Assembly (NCBI GenBank): GCA_964629235.1
Contig: CAZVQB010000001.1
Coordinates: forward strand, 4,431 to 68,430
Origin: an uncultured Candidatus Saccharibacteria bacterium
GTDB lineage: Bacteria > Patescibacteriota > Minisyncoccia > Phycocordibacterales > PALSA-1337
Length of the DNA: 64,000 nucleotides
Direction of reading: 5' to 3'
Part shown: one piece after another, positions 38,603-49,954 of the stretch
How positions within the stretch are numbered: position 1 is the stretch's first letter
Layout: each line of letters starts with the position of its first letter
The notes under the pieces: model-generated
What the model was told of the DNA's origin: nothing
Database searches by the model: none
Seen by the model: the letters and a program-made list of their open reading frames with translations, nothing else
Translations under genes and position numbers: made by a program

Positions 38603-39700
38603 TTATTGATTTACCTGATATTTTGAAATATTCGCTATGATACCCGTCGCTGCCAGAGTAATTATCAATGCCGTACCTCCATGACTTACAAATAAAAGTG
38701 GCATTCCCGATAGCGGTATAAGTCCAAGCATTGATGAAATATTCATAAACGACTCTATAAGGATAAGTATAGCAATTCCAATTGCAGTTAGTCCACCAAA
38801 ATAATCAGGTGATCTTACAGATATTTTCATAGATTTTATAAAAAAGAACAAAAATAATCCGATGAGAACAATGCTCCCGATGAAACCGAACTCTTCAGCT
38901 CCAACGGCAAATATTGAATCTCCTATCGGTTCAGGCAAATAGTTGAATTTCTGAACACTTTGACCAAAACCTCTTCCGAATATTTTTCCAGAACCGATCG
39001 CTATCAAAGACTGTTGTATTTGATAGCCTGCACCTTGAGAATCTACACCATGATTGAAAAATGTCATAACTCTTTGCATTATATATGGTCTAACCAAGAC
39101 CAATGTCGCAAGTAAAATTATACCTAAACCAAATAGCATTAGAATATGTTTTATTCTCCCACCAGCTATAAAAAGCATTATTAGACCAGTTGTAGCAATA
39201 ACAACAAATGTATCAGTATCTGATTGAATCATAAGTAGTGTACCTAGTATTCCAACAACAACCATATAGGGAACAACACCAAATTTGAATTCTCCAATCT
39301 TTTCTTTTAATCCAGAGAGCCATGCTGCAAAATAAATGATAAAAGCGATTTTAAGAAATTCAGATGGTTGAAATGTTGTAAAACCAAGGTTTATCCATCT
39401 TGAAGCACCTCCATGATCAAAGGATAAACCTGGAACAAATAAAAGTAGATTTATACATATAGCACCTATTAAAATATAAAAAGCATTTTTTCTTAAAATT
39501 TTATAATTTATTTTAGACATTATATAAAAGGAAATAATACCTAAAATAAGTCCAGCGCTCTGACTCATAGCTACTGATTGGAAGCTTGCACCATTACGAG
39601 CAAGTAGACCTAGTGACGCAGAACTAAAAATAAAAAAGCCAACTACGGTAAGTAGAGTAACTGATGCCAGATATATCTTGTCGATCTTAAGTTTATTCAT
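38603..39700 (-). CDS. ftsW: SEDS protein FtsW
   Basis: GASRWI, FQPSEFLK, YQIQQS, YLPE..GDSIF, EEFGF; adjacent to murG. Confidence 0.92.
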   Translation of the reverse strand: MNKLKIDKIYLASVTLLTVVGFFIFSSASLGLLARNGASFQSVAMSQSAGLILGIISFYIMSKINYKILRKNAFYILIGAICINLLLFVPGLSFDHGGASRWINLGFTTFQPSEFLKIAFIIYFAAWLSGLKEKIGEFKFGVVPYMVVVGILGTLLMIQSDTDTFVVIATTGLIMLFIAGGRIKHILMLFGLGIILLATLVLVRPYIMQRVMTFFNHGVDSQGAGYQIQQSLIAIGSGKIFGRGFGQSVQKFNYLPEPIGDSIFAVGAEEFGFIGSIVLIGLFLFFFIKSMKISVRSPDYFGGLTAIGIAILILIESFMNISSMLGLIPLSGMPLLFVSHGGTALIITLAATGIIANISKYQVNQ

Positions 39701-40268
39701 TACTCTTTATTTGTTCTTTATCTTTTGAAGAATTTTCTTCAGCTTTTTTGAAAGATTCAATGTCTTTTCTAACTGATTCAAAATCTGGTAGATCAGTAAC
39801 ATTTGAAATACCCAGGAATGCCAATAGTTCAAGACTTGGTTTATACAAGAAACTTCTTTGATCTAGTGGATTGTCTACTTTTTCAATAAGACCTCTTATA
39901 AGTAGATTTCTTATAATAAATTGTGAATTAACACCTCTTATATAGTCTATATCTACGCGAGATATTGGTCCTTGATAAAGGATAATTGATAATGTTTCAA
40001 GTCCAGCCTTACCTAAATCTTTTGACAATTCCTCTTTATTTAAGGTCTCTATATGTTCAGAGACTTCTTTGGCAGTTCCAAGAGTAATGTCCTCTTCCCA
40101 TTCAATCAAAGTGATACCTCTACCCTTTAGAGATTCTTTTAGAATTTGGATTGCTTTTTTTATATCTTCAATATCCTTATTCAGAATATTCGCTATTTTT
40201 TTAATAGAAAGGGTTTCTGCTTTCCAGAATAATAGTGCTTCAATTTGTGATTCAAGTGGTAGTGACAT
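39693..40268 (-). CDS. scpB: SMC-Scp complex subunit ScpB
   Basis: IEALLF, LETLSIILYQGPISR, IRGVNS. Confidence 0.95.
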   Translation of the reverse strand: MSLPLESQIEALLFWKAETLSIKKIANILNKDIEDIKKAIQILKESLKGRGITLIEWEEDITLGTAKEVSEHIETLNKEELSKDLGKAGLETLSIILYQGPISRVDIDYIRGVNSQFIIRNLLIRGLIEKVDNPLDQRSFLYKPSLELLAFLGISNVTDLPDFESVRKDIESFKKAEENSSKDKEQIKSNE

Positions 40269-40271
40269 AGT

Positions 40272-41003
40272 TTAATTATACCTCGGAACACCGACTTCTT
40301 TTGTTTCCATGTTGATATCCCCAAAATGATTCTCTTGAGTTACATGTATAACTCCCTGTTTTACAAGTTCAAGCATAGCTAAGAAACTTACAATAATATT
40401 CACCTTTTCTTCTTTATGAACACTAGCAAAATCACTGAATTTCATTCTTAGACCAGTAGTTATTCTTTTTGTTAAATTATCTATTGTTTCTTCGAGACTT
40501 ATAACTTTTCTAACAACAGCTTTTGGAATATTTTCTTTTTTCGGAAGAGCGTGAATCATATCTTTTATAGATTGAGCAAGCGATAAAAGATTCATTGATT
40601 CATGTGGAGAAAAAATAGGGTCAATCTTCGGAGTTTGAGATCTTTGAAATATTATTTCTTTTCCAAAAATATCTTTTATATGTACACTTGCATCCTTTAT
40701 TCTTTGATAGATTTTTAGTCTTGTTTCCAAATCGTGAATCTCAACCTCTTCTTCTTCAGTCAAAGTTAAAGCTGGCAATAGAGATTTTGATTTTATCAAA
40801 AGTAGAGTAGAAGCAATTAGAATAAAAGAAGCTGAGTCTTCCATAGGTAATTTCTCAAAATTTTGTATGTGATTTATAAAATCATCCGTGACTTTTGCAA
40901 GAGCGATGTCATTTATAAAAAGTTTTCTTTTTTCAACCAAAGAAAGAAGGAGATCTAGAGGACCTTCGAATACTTCGGATTTAATAATAAAAGATTGAGA
41001 CAT
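40272..41003 (-). CDS. scpA: Segregation/condensation protein ScpA
   Basis: FEGPLDLLL, LIKSKSLLP, FLAMLEL; start MSQSF. Confidence 0.95.
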   Translation of the reverse strand: MSQSFIIKSEVFEGPLDLLLSLVEKRKLFINDIALAKVTDDFINHIQNFEKLPMEDSASFILIASTLLLIKSKSLLPALTLTEEEEVEIHDLETRLKIYQRIKDASVHIKDIFGKEIIFQRSQTPKIDPIFSPHESMNLLSLAQSIKDMIHALPKKENIPKAVVRKVISLEETIDNLTKRITTGLRMKFSDFASVHKEEKVNIIVSFLAMLELVKQGVIHVTQENHFGDINMETKEVGVPRYN

Positions 41004-41092
41004 GGAGATATTATAGCAGAAATAAAATAGACAAAACAAAAACCCCTCCAATTCGTAAAGAATCAAAGGGGTTAAGAGTTAAAAAACTCAAA

Positions 41093-41581
41093 TCACTCGG
41101 GTAAAACCATGCGATCCAGACATCCAATATCCATGAAATGATCGCTGTGGAAGTGGTCGAGATTTACTCCTAGTTTATTATTATGTATATCAACAACTGC
41201 AACGAAAAATTTTCCAAAAACAATGAATGGAAAGTATGATGAATATCCACTAGGGTGAATATGTTGAGGATAGCTCTCTATCCAAGTCAGGATTTGATCC
41301 TGACTTTTCCAAAGCAGAAGTTCCAGTGAAGTGTTAAAAGAGCCCAATAGCTCTCTATATCCTTTAGCTATCGTAATCTCATATAGAGCTGAGGATGCTG
41401 GGCCTGTAGCAATAGTGGGGACGTTAGTACCTAATTTGCTGAATTTTGAATCGAAAAATCCAGGAAACATGTCACGTTGTGTGTAGAACGTTCGAGTACC
41501 AGTAGTAGCTGGAATGACGAGACCGCTCTCCAACCTGCGGAGGTAAGTCGTTGTTTCAGGCAATGCAGAAATGATAGCCAT
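41093..41581 (-). CDS. Uncharacterised hypothetical protein
   Basis: 162-aa ORF with own terminator near 41040-41072; from memory resembles an uncharacterised CPR family (unverified). Confidence 0.6.
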   Translation of the reverse strand: MAIISALPETTTYLRRLESGLVIPATTGTRTFYTQRDMFPGFFDSKFSKLGTNVPTIATGPASSALYEITIAKGYRELLGSFNTSLELLLWKSQDQILTWIESYPQHIHPSGYSSYFPFIVFGKFFVAVVDIHNNKLGVNLDHFHSDHFMDIGCLDRMVLPE

Positions 41582-41675
41582 AACAGAATATTGAGTTATA
41601 TTTATACAGAACTATTTACCAAAAAATACCAGATATGTACTACTGTGTCAAATAGTGTATATTAAACTGCAATTA

Positions 41676-43067
41676 CTAGTTCTCCAAACTAATTCCCAAC
41701 TCCTTCAATTGCTTCTTACCCGCCGGTGACGGTGCATTCATCATAAGGTCTCTTCCCTCACCTGTTTTGGGGAAAGCAATAACTTCACGGATATTAGGCT
41801 CACCCATAAGTAACATTACGATTCTATCGATTCCAGGAGCAAATCCTCCGTGTGGTGGTGCACCATACTTGAATGCCTCTAGCATATGTGCGAATTTTAT
41901 CTGTTGTTCTTCATCACTAATATTCAATAGTTTAAATACTTGTTTCTGTACATCTGATTTATGAATTCTTATACTTCCAGAACTCAATTCATATCCATTC
42001 AAAACCAAGTCATATGAATTCGCTCGAATAGACATAAGATCTTCACCCTTCATAAATTTATCCATATCCTCATCTTTTATAGAACAAAATGGGTGATGTG
42101 CTGCTTGCAGGTGACCATCATCTGTTCTCTCAAACATTGGGAAATCTACTATCCAAGCAAAGGCTAGTTCATTCACATCGTTTTTGTCCTTTCTCAGATC
42201 TGGTTTATCAGAACCATATTTCTCCATTGATTCTTTGTATGTAATTCTTGGAAAAGGTATTGAAGAAATTTTCTTTTCAGGAAAAAGAGTCTTCACTAAT
42301 TCTATAAACATTGGTTCTGTATATGACAATATATCCTCTTGATTTACAAATGACATTTCATAATCAAGCTGAGTGAACTCTGGTTGTCTATCTCCTCTTA
42401 GATCTTCATCTCTCATGCATCTTGCAATTTGGAAATATTTTTCAAAACCTGCAACCATAGATAATTGTTTGAATTGTTGTGGAGATTGTGGAAGTGCATA
42501 GAAACTACCTTTATCTATACGTGAAGGTACAAGATATTCTCTTGAACCTTCTGGAGTTCCTTTCATAAGAATCGGAGTTTCGATCTCAATAAAGCCATCT
42601 TTATGCATATAATCACGGAAAAAAGAAATAATCTTATCTCGCATTATAATATTCTTTTGTAGTCTTTCTCTTCTAAGATCTAGATATCTATATTTCAATC
42701 TAATTTCTTCATTGATTTCTTTTCCATCAGTATGTAGATCGAAAGGAGGTGTCATTGCCTCATTCAAAACTTCAATAGTCAAAATCTCAAGCTCTATATC
42801 GCCATTCAATTTGTCTTTTTGAATATTTTTCTCTGGTCTAGGATTTACTTTTCCAATAACTTTAACAACCCATTCTGGTCGAACAGTTGAACCTACAGCG
42901 TGTGCATCTTTAGCATTTGGTAATATCACACCTTGGATTTTTCCAGTAATATCTCTAAAATCAAGGAAAATTAGTTTGCCTTGATCTCGTCTAATATCAA
43001 TCCATCCAGATATACTTACCTCTTTCCCTACATATTCCTTCAAATCTTTTATATATGTTCTTTTCAT
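41676..43067 (-). CDS. aspS: Aspartate--tRNA ligase, short form without GAD insertion
   Basis: RLKYRYLDLR, LPQSPQQFKQ, RDEDLRGDRQPEFTQLD, GAPPHGG. Confidence 0.96.
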   Translation of the reverse strand: MKRTYIKDLKEYVGKEVSISGWIDIRRDQGKLIFLDFRDITGKIQGVILPNAKDAHAVGSTVRPEWVVKVIGKVNPRPEKNIQKDKLNGDIELEILTIEVLNEAMTPPFDLHTDGKEINEEIRLKYRYLDLRRERLQKNIIMRDKIISFFRDYMHKDGFIEIETPILMKGTPEGSREYLVPSRIDKGSFYALPQSPQQFKQLSMVAGFEKYFQIARCMRDEDLRGDRQPEFTQLDYEMSFVNQEDILSYTEPMFIELVKTLFPEKKISSIPFPRITYKESMEKYGSDKPDLRKDKNDVNELAFAWIVDFPMFERTDDGHLQAAHHPFCSIKDEDMDKFMKGEDLMSIRANSYDLVLNGYELSSGSIRIHKSDVQKQVFKLLNISDEEQQIKFAHMLEAFKYGAPPHGGFAPGIDRIVMLLMGEPNIREVIAFPKTGEGRDLMMNAPSPAGKKQLKELGISLEN

Positions 43068-43072
43068 AATTT

Positions 43073-44017
43073 TTATATTACACCAATTGCTGTCTTTGCT
43101 GCAAAAAGCTTTTCATCCGCTATCTCTCTCGCTTTTATTGCACCATCTTCTAGTATCTCTTCAACTTTATCAATATCTTTTGCTAACATCTCTCTTCTCT
43201 CTCTAAGTGGTTTTATAAAAGCATCTAGATCTTCTATCAATGCTTCTTTTAGAATCTTATACTTGCCCTTATTCTCATCATATATCTTTTTCAAATCTGC
43301 TTCTGTTCTAAATAGTTTGTGAATATTATAAACATTCATCGGGATTTCTCCGCTTGAATCAGTTACAATTCCCATCACTGCTTTAGTAATCTCTTCGCGA
43401 GTAGAGAAAAGTGGAATAGTATTACCGTAACTCTTAGACATCTTTTGTCCATCTGTTCCAGGAATAATAGCGACACTTTGCATGATGTATGGATCTGGAA
43501 GTTTAAATACTTCACCGAAAGTATTGTTGAACTTCTGTGCTATATCTCTAGTGTATTCAATATGTTGTTTTTGGTCTTGCCCAACTGGAACAATATCTGC
43601 ATCATAAAGCAGAATATCTGAAGCCATTAGAATCGGATAGTTGAATGTACCAACCGAAATCTCTTTGTCTTTTGCTTCAGCGTCCTTGAAAGCATGAGCT
43701 CTCATAAGATATGGCATTGTTGTAATAGTATCGAATATCCAAGTTAGCTCTGTGTGCGCATTTATATCAGACTGTTTAAATATTAGAGACTTCTCAGGAT
43801 CCAAACCTATAGCGAGATAGTCTAGAGCTAGATCTAAAGTATTTTTTCTCATCTCATCACCATTTTGAATGAAGTTCAAAGCATGATAATTGGCAATCAT
43901 AAAACGGCAATCATATTGAGATTGTAAATCAGTGAACTGTTTCATTGCTCCGAAATAATTACCAATATGAGGTCTACCTGTTGGCTTTACTCCAGAAAGT
44001 AATATCTTTTTTGACAT
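43073..44017 (-). CDS. trpS: Tryptophan--tRNA ligase
   Basis: PTG.PHIGNY, YPILMASDIL, VPVGQDQKQH, KMSKSYGN. Confidence 0.97.
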   Translation of the reverse strand: MSKKILLSGVKPTGRPHIGNYFGAMKQFTDLQSQYDCRFMIANYHALNFIQNGDEMRKNTLDLALDYLAIGLDPEKSLIFKQSDINAHTELTWIFDTITTMPYLMRAHAFKDAEAKDKEISVGTFNYPILMASDILLYDADIVPVGQDQKQHIEYTRDIAQKFNNTFGEVFKLPDPYIMQSVAIIPGTDGQKMSKSYGNTIPLFSTREEITKAVMGIVTDSSGEIPMNVYNIHKLFRTEADLKKIYDENKGKYKILKEALIEDLDAFIKPLRERREMLAKDIDKVEEILEDGAIKAREIADEKLFAAKTAIGVI

Positions 44018-44040
44018 ATCTATATAATAACAAAACTTTA

Positions 44041-47000
44041 CTAATCCGTCTTCTCTTTCATAAGAATCAAATAAAATGCAGGGACAAGGAACAATGTTAG
44101 GAATGATGAAAGTGTCAAACCAAATATCACAGAACTTCCAAGTGCTTGCCAGAATTCATCTGAGAGTGTAACCGGCAATATACCGAATATTGTACATATA
44201 GATGTAATAAATATCGCTTCAAGTCTTGATTTACCAGCATCTATGATTGCATCTTCAAAATCGATTCCACTCTTTAGATTAAGATTTATTTTATCTACTA
44301 GAATGATAGAGTTTTTAACCACAATACCGAATAGCGCCAATATACCGATAAGTGCAGGAAGTCCGATAGATACATCAAACACTGCCATTCCAAGGAACAC
44401 TCCAATCAAAGCAAGTGGTATCGGAACAAGTACGATAAGTGATTTTCTGAATGAATTGAATTGTATAACTAGAGTAGCAACGATAAGAAGTATTGCTATT
44501 ACCATTGCTTTTACTATAGATAAAAATGACTCGGCGTTCTGTTCATTCTCTCCTCCATAACTTATAGTATATCCAGCAGGAACGACATAGTCTTTTATTT
44601 TTTCTTTAAACTGAGCAAGTATCGTTGGTCCATTTGTACTTGAATCTGCGCCAGCTGAAAGTACCACAGTTCTCTTTTGATCGATACGTGTAATCACATT
44701 TACAGCAGGTTTCAATTCTATTTTTGCAACATCTTTTAAGAAAACTGGTTGCTTGAGAGTATTGAGTATTTGAAGATTTTGAATTGATTCCAAATCCGGC
44801 AGACTATCTTTATCAAAAGTAGTTATAAGCTTTATTTCTTTTTCACCCTTTATCACTTTTGCAATTTCAATATCCGATATTGCAGTTCTTAGAACTGTAC
44901 CTACATAAGCAGAACTTAGATAATTTCTTTCCAAAGCTTGTTGATCAAGAGTAAAAGTATATTCTGGAACTGAATCCTTGATAGAAGTATCTATATTTAT
45001 AACACCAGGGATTGTAGAAAGAGGTGCACGGAGATCATTCATAATTTTTGTTAAAACCACTAAATCGTCACCTCCTATATGTGCTTCAAAAGCAGCTCCA
45101 GCTGGTGGACCTCCTGCAGGTGTTGAAACTTTTATTTTTATTCCAGGAATATTCTTACTTTCCAAATCGTCTCTTATCTTATTTGCCAATTCATAAGATT
45201 TCATCGATCTCTCTTTTTTATCTTTCAAAGTAAGACTAATAGATGACATATTAAATGATCCAGTTCCAGCTCCACCAAATTGTCCTGAATTTGGACTTGC
45301 ACGTCCGATAATTGTAGAATAACTTGTTACATCAGGATAAATAGACAATTCCTTTTCTACAAGCTTGGTCTTTGCATCAGTTATATCTAGACTTGATCCT
45401 ACCGGAGTATTTATATCTATATAGACATAATCTTGATCTGATATTGGGAAGAATTCATTTCTAATAACTCCAGTTGGAATTAGCATTACAGAACCAAAGA
45501 AAAGTAGACCTACAAAACCGAGTACCATTCTTCTTCTCTTTTTATCGAAAATATAGTATCTCAAAGTTTTTTCATAAATTGGAATAAATTTATGAAAATC
45601 GACAATTCCGTGTATTAGACGATTTGTAAAATCCTCATGTGTTCTATCCCCTTGTGAAGCCAATTTCTTTTTTATAAGTGATTCATCTTTCCATTCTAGA
45701 TTCATCAATCGATTATTCTCTTTCATCTTCTCTACTCCTCCCTTTTCATACCACCAGATAAGCCAACCTTCTATGATAAGAGCGATAATTCCAAGAATTA
45801 TTTGTATTATTCCTCCGTTATAGAACATTGCTCCAGCAAATACAATAAGTAATCCTTCTATGATAAAGAAGAATCTCTTTGTTAAACGGATTCTCTCAAG
45901 AACAGCTGCAAGAGGGTGATTTATCATCAGAGCGATGATAAGTGATGCAGTAAGTGTTATTGAAATCGTTATTGGAATTGATTTTAGATATTGTCCTACG
46001 ATTCCTGTTGCAAAAAGTAGAGGTAGGAAAGCCCAAACAGTAGCAAGGGTTGTAGTTGTAAGAACCCATTTAAAGTCATTTAGAACCAAAAGAACTGCTT
46101 CTTCAGGTGTAAATTTACCAGTATTTAGATATTGTTTTGTAGCAGAAACTACCACTATAGCATCATCAACTAGAAGTCCCAGTGAAAGAATAAGTGAGAA
46201 AAGTGAGAGGAAGTTTAGCGTCATTCCTATGGCATGCAAAACTCCGAAACTCACAAAGAATACAAGTGGTATAGCCAAACCCGCAACGAAAGCTTCTTTC
46301 AATCCTACAATCAGGAAAAGAATTATTGATACAAGAAGTACAGTTATAAGGAAGTCATGACTTAGTTGGTCGAAACTAACTCTCACCTCTTTTGCCATAT
46401 CCATACTTACACTGTAGGTAATTCCTGGAGCAAAAGTTTTTAGCATTTCATCAACTTTTGCTTTTGCTTGGTCTACTGTATCAAGTACTGAAGCACCTTG
46501 TCTTTTTATAAGAGAAAGAGAAATAGAGTTCTTTGCTTCACTCCCATCTTGAGACAATCGTGAATATGAAGTTTTCTTAATTGCTTTTTCTGTAACTTTT
46601 GCAATATCTTTTAACTGTACTGTGCTACCATCACTCGTATGCATTACAGGAATTCTTGCTATATCATCAACTTCAGTCATTCTTCCATCAACTCTAATTG
46701 GAAAAATCAAACCTTTATTCTCAAAATTTCCAGAAGGTATAGCAATATTTGAAGAAAGTATAGATCTATTAGCATCATCAGTTGTTATTCCATAATAAAG
46801 TAGACGATCACTTTGATATGCGATCTCATAATCAAGTTCATCACCTCCGTAAATTTGGATTTCTCTAACGCCGGGATTTTTCTCTAGTTCATCTTTAATC
46901 TTTTCTATATAGTTTCTTAATGTAAAACCATCGTATGGACCAGTTAGAGAAATAGACCAGATCGGTGAATCGTCTAGTGATATTTCACTTACTACAGGTT

Positions 47001-47463
47001 CTTCAGCATCAGTTGATATATCTTTTTTAACTGTTGAGACTTTGTCACGAAGATTTCTTATAGCATCTTCTAGATTCTCATTTGCATTAAATTCGACTTG
47101 TATAGTTGAAAGTGAATTGTATGAGTTTGAAGTAAGTTTGTTGAGCCCCTTTAGTCCTGAAAGTTTTGCTTCAATCTTTTTTGTAACAAATTCCTCTACG
47201 TCTGAAGGTGATGCTCCAGGATAGAAGGTAGAAACTATTGCAATCGGAATCTTTATTTCTGGGTTTGATTCTCTAGGCAAACTAAAAAATGAAAATAGTC
47301 CCCAAGCAGTTATCATAAGAATCAAAAGGACAACCACTCTAAAATTGGTCACAAAGAAGTTTAACCAAGTATTCCTTAGTTCAGGTCGAAACTCTAGACG
47401 TTCAAGATATCGACTGTCTGAAGATTTTTCATTATTTTTATTATCCATATTTTTATTGAACAA
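44041..47463 (-). CDS. RND efflux permease (AcrB/AcrD/AcrF family)
   Basis: YPGASPSDVE, GLLVDDAIVV, GIVVKNSIILVD; extra TM insertion mid-protein. Confidence 0.93.
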   Translation of the reverse strand: MFNKNMDNKNNEKSSDSRYLERLEFRPELRNTWLNFFVTNFRVVVLLILMITAWGLFSFFSLPRESNPEIKIPIAIVSTFYPGASPSDVEEFVTKKIEAKLSGLKGLNKLTSNSYNSLSTIQVEFNANENLEDAIRNLRDKVSTVKKDISTDAEEPVVSEISLDDSPIWSISLTGPYDGFTLRNYIEKIKDELEKNPGVREIQIYGGDELDYEIAYQSDRLLYYGITTDDANRSILSSNIAIPSGNFENKGLIFPIRVDGRMTEVDDIARIPVMHTSDGSTVQLKDIAKVTEKAIKKTSYSRLSQDGSEAKNSISLSLIKRQGASVLDTVDQAKAKVDEMLKTFAPGITYSVSMDMAKEVRVSFDQLSHDFLITVLLVSIILFLIVGLKEAFVAGLAIPLVFFVSFGVLHAIGMTLNFLSLFSLILSLGLLVDDAIVVVSATKQYLNTGKFTPEEAVLLVLNDFKWVLTTTTLATVWAFLPLLFATGIVGQYLKSIPITISITLTASLIIALMINHPLAAVLERIRLTKRFFFIIEGLLIVFAGAMFYNGGIIQIILGIIALIIEGWLIWWYEKGGVEKMKENNRLMNLEWKDESLIKKKLASQGDRTHEDFTNRLIHGIVDFHKFIPIYEKTLRYYIFDKKRRRMVLGFVGLLFFGSVMLIPTGVIRNEFFPISDQDYVYIDINTPVGSSLDITDAKTKLVEKELSIYPDVTSYSTIIGRASPNSGQFGGAGTGSFNMSSISLTLKDKKERSMKSYELANKIRDDLESKNIPGIKIKVSTPAGGPPAGAAFEAHIGGDDLVVLTKIMNDLRAPLSTIPGVINIDTSIKDSVPEYTFTLDQQALERNYLSSAYVGTVLRTAISDIEIAKVIKGEKEIKLITTFDKDSLPDLESIQNLQILNTLKQPVFLKDVAKIELKPAVNVITRIDQKRTVVLSAGADSSTNGPTILAQFKEKIKDYVVPAGYTISYGGENEQNAESFLSIVKAMVIAILLIVATLVIQFNSFRKSLIVLVPIPLALIGVFLGMAVFDVSIGLPALIGILALFGIVVKNSIILVDKINLNLKSGIDFEDAIIDAGKSRLEAIFITSICTIFGILPVTLSDEFWQALGSSVIFGLTLSSFLTLFLVPAFYLILMKEKTD

Positions 47464-48943
47464 CTACCTTTTCACCTTCTTCTATTTCATAGACTGGAGT
47501 TACTATCATCATATCTGGATTTATTCCACTTATTATCTCTACGAAATCTCCTTGCACTTTTCCAAGTACTACTGGATTCTTAACAATTTTTGATTCTGAA
47601 TCTAGAGTATAGACGAAAGCATCACCTGGAATAATTTTTACATTTTGTATTGGAAGACTGTAATTGTTATTTTTATTATTCAATTGTTCATCTGTAGAGA
47701 TAGACAAAGTTACATTCTGACCAACCACCAATTCATTTGTATTTGAATCATCTACTGAAATTTTAACCTCAACTTTTTTATTTATTACATTTACACTTGG
47801 TGCAACATTCACTACTGTTCCAGTTATTTTACCTTGTATTAGAACCTTTGCACCATTTTTAATTCTTGAGAAATCCTCACCACTTGCATATGCTTTTATT
47901 TGTAATCCTCCGCCACCAACCACTGTAGCGATAAGTTGTCCTGGTTGTGCCAATTCTCCAGTTCTTAGTGGTAATGAAGCGATTTTGCCTGATATTGGTG
48001 ATGTGATAATAGTCTTTGCAAATTGTGCTTCAAGATTTCTAACTATAGCTTGAGCTGAAGAAATCTGTGCCGCTGAACTTGAAAGTCCTGATTCTGTAGA
48101 AGTTAGGCTTTTATTTGCAGTATTTGCTGAACTTCTTGCTTCGTTTACCATTGATTGCCAACTAGCAAACACAGCATAAGTTCCAGGATCCTTTATACCT
48201 TTCACAGCATCGTTTAATGATAGAGATATATCATCAAGAAGAGAGTTTATTTTATTTAAATTTGTTTGAGATAGAGAGATAACAGCTTCAACTTCAGAAT
48301 TCTTTGAATTTATAGTTAAAGAATCGATATTTGCTTTCCAATCTGTAAAACCACTCTTAAGTGCTAAATATTTGTCTCTTATAGACTCACTTAATTTCCT
48401 ATCAGAAATAAATGAAGATAAAGTCGGACTACCTCCTGTACTTTCATACAGAGATTGAGCGATTTTAATATTTATTATTTCATCAGCAGTTAGATAACTA
48501 CTTCTTAAAGTTTCTAAAGAATTCTTTCTAGCTGATTCCAATGAAGCACCTGTACTTGAATATTGACCTTGTGCCAATTGCAAACCCGCTCTAGCTTGAT
48601 CAAGTTGAGCCTTTATATCAGCGTTTTGTAATACCGCTATTGTCTGTCCAACGGAAACACTGTCTCCAACAGAAACATTCACAACAGATATTGGAGCTGA
48701 GATCTGACTTTTTAGATCAACTTGTGATACTGATTCGACGATACCATCTGCTGAGACTTTTGATTGATTATTTCGAAAATCAGATACACTAACTAGTGAT
48801 ACCTTTTTTATATTTGATTGACTATTGTCCACTACCTTATTTCTACCTGCCATTCTACCCGCAACAATCATAGAAATGACTGCTACAATAGCAATACCAG
48901 ACGAAAGAACCGCATGACTACGTATATAGCTAAATATTTTCAT
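47453..48943 (-). CDS. RND periplasmic adaptor / membrane fusion protein
   Basis: Lipoyl half-motifs VSVGDSVSVGQ and ITSPISG around a long alpha-hairpin. Confidence 0.88.
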   Translation of the reverse strand: MKIFSYIRSHAVLSSGIAIVAVISMIVAGRMAGRNKVVDNSQSNIKKVSLVSVSDFRNNQSKVSADGIVESVSQVDLKSQISAPISVVNVSVGDSVSVGQTIAVLQNADIKAQLDQARAGLQLAQGQYSSTGASLESARKNSLETLRSSYLTADEIINIKIAQSLYESTGGSPTLSSFISDRKLSESIRDKYLALKSGFTDWKANIDSLTINSKNSEVEAVISLSQTNLNKINSLLDDISLSLNDAVKGIKDPGTYAVFASWQSMVNEARSSANTANKSLTSTESGLSSSAAQISSAQAIVRNLEAQFAKTIITSPISGKIASLPLRTGELAQPGQLIATVVGGGGLQIKAYASGEDFSRIKNGAKVLIQGKITGTVVNVAPSVNVINKKVEVKISVDDSNTNELVVGQNVTLSISTDEQLNNKNNNYSLPIQNVKIIPGDAFVYTLDSESKIVKNPVVLGKVQGDFVEIISGINPDMMIVTPVYEIEEGEKVVVQ

Positions 48944-48976
48944 ATATTGAAATATAACACAAAAATCTAATAAAGA

Positions 48977-49840
48977 CTAGAGACCTTCCTTTTTTAACTC
49001 TTCAACCAGTTTTTGAGCACTTTTTGATAGTTTCTTTGGCATATCTACTCTAGTAACGATAAGCAAATCCCCTCTTCTTCCTCTTTCATCTGGAACTCCC
49101 TTTTGTCTTACACGAAGTATTTCATTGTGTGTTGTTCCAGCTGGAATCTTTAATTCTATTTTTCCATCCAAAGTATCGAGATCTATAGTTGCTCCAAGCA
49201 ATGCTGTTGTTAGCTTTAGATCAAGCTCCATTATTAGATTCATTCCCTCTTTTCTAAAAACATCATGATCAGTCACCCATATTCGAACTATTAGATCACC
49301 TTTTCCTCCAGCACCCTCTTCACCCTTTCCTGATACTCGGAGTCCTTGTCCATTTTCTATTCCTGGTGGAATCTTTATAGATAGTTTCTCCTTATTTACT
49401 GTTACATCTTTTTCAACTCCGAAAATTGATTCTTTAAATGATATTTGAATATCAACTGTAATATTTGCACCCTTTCTCGGACGTCGTCCTCCACCTCCAC
49501 CGAAGAATTCTCCGAATATATCACCTAGATCGAATTCAAACGCTTGGCCGTTTTGACTCTGATATTGTCGAGCGAATCCTGAGAAATCAAATCCATCAGC
49601 ATTGAATCCTCCTTGATTTGGATTAAAACCAGATGGACCATCAGAACCGAATCTGTCATAATTTTGACGCTTTTGATCGTCAGAAAGAGTCGTATACGCT
49701 TCGTTTATCTCTTTGAATTTAGTATCGTTCCCATTATTTTTGTCTGGGTGATATTCATGAGCCAGCTTACGAAAAGCTTTTTTTATATCCTCTTTTGATG
49801 CGTTCTTTTCGACGCCTAAAGTCTTGTAGTAATCTTTCAT
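48977..49840 (-). CDS. dnaJ: DnaJ chaperone (class B, no zinc finger)
   Basis: J-domain HPD, G/F-rich region, C-terminal domain; no CxxCxGxG repeats. Confidence 0.93.
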   Translation of the reverse strand: MKDYYKTLGVEKNASKEDIKKAFRKLAHEYHPDKNNGNDTKFKEINEAYTTLSDDQKRQNYDRFGSDGPSGFNPNQGGFNADGFDFSGFARQYQSQNGQAFEFDLGDIFGEFFGGGGGRRPRKGANITVDIQISFKESIFGVEKDVTVNKEKLSIKIPPGIENGQGLRVSGKGEEGAGGKGDLIVRIWVTDHDVFRKEGMNLIMELDLKLTTALLGATIDLDTLDGKIELKIPAGTTHNEILRVRQKGVPDERGRRGDLLIVTRVDMPKKLSKSAQKLVEELKKEGL

Positions 49841-49954
49841 ATAGAGACAAATAATAGCAGAAATTGGGGTTGAGTAGGTCTTGACCTAGACTGTATTTTG
49901 TGATATGTATTTAGTAGATTTTGAGTAAATGATTGCTCAAAAAATATTGATATT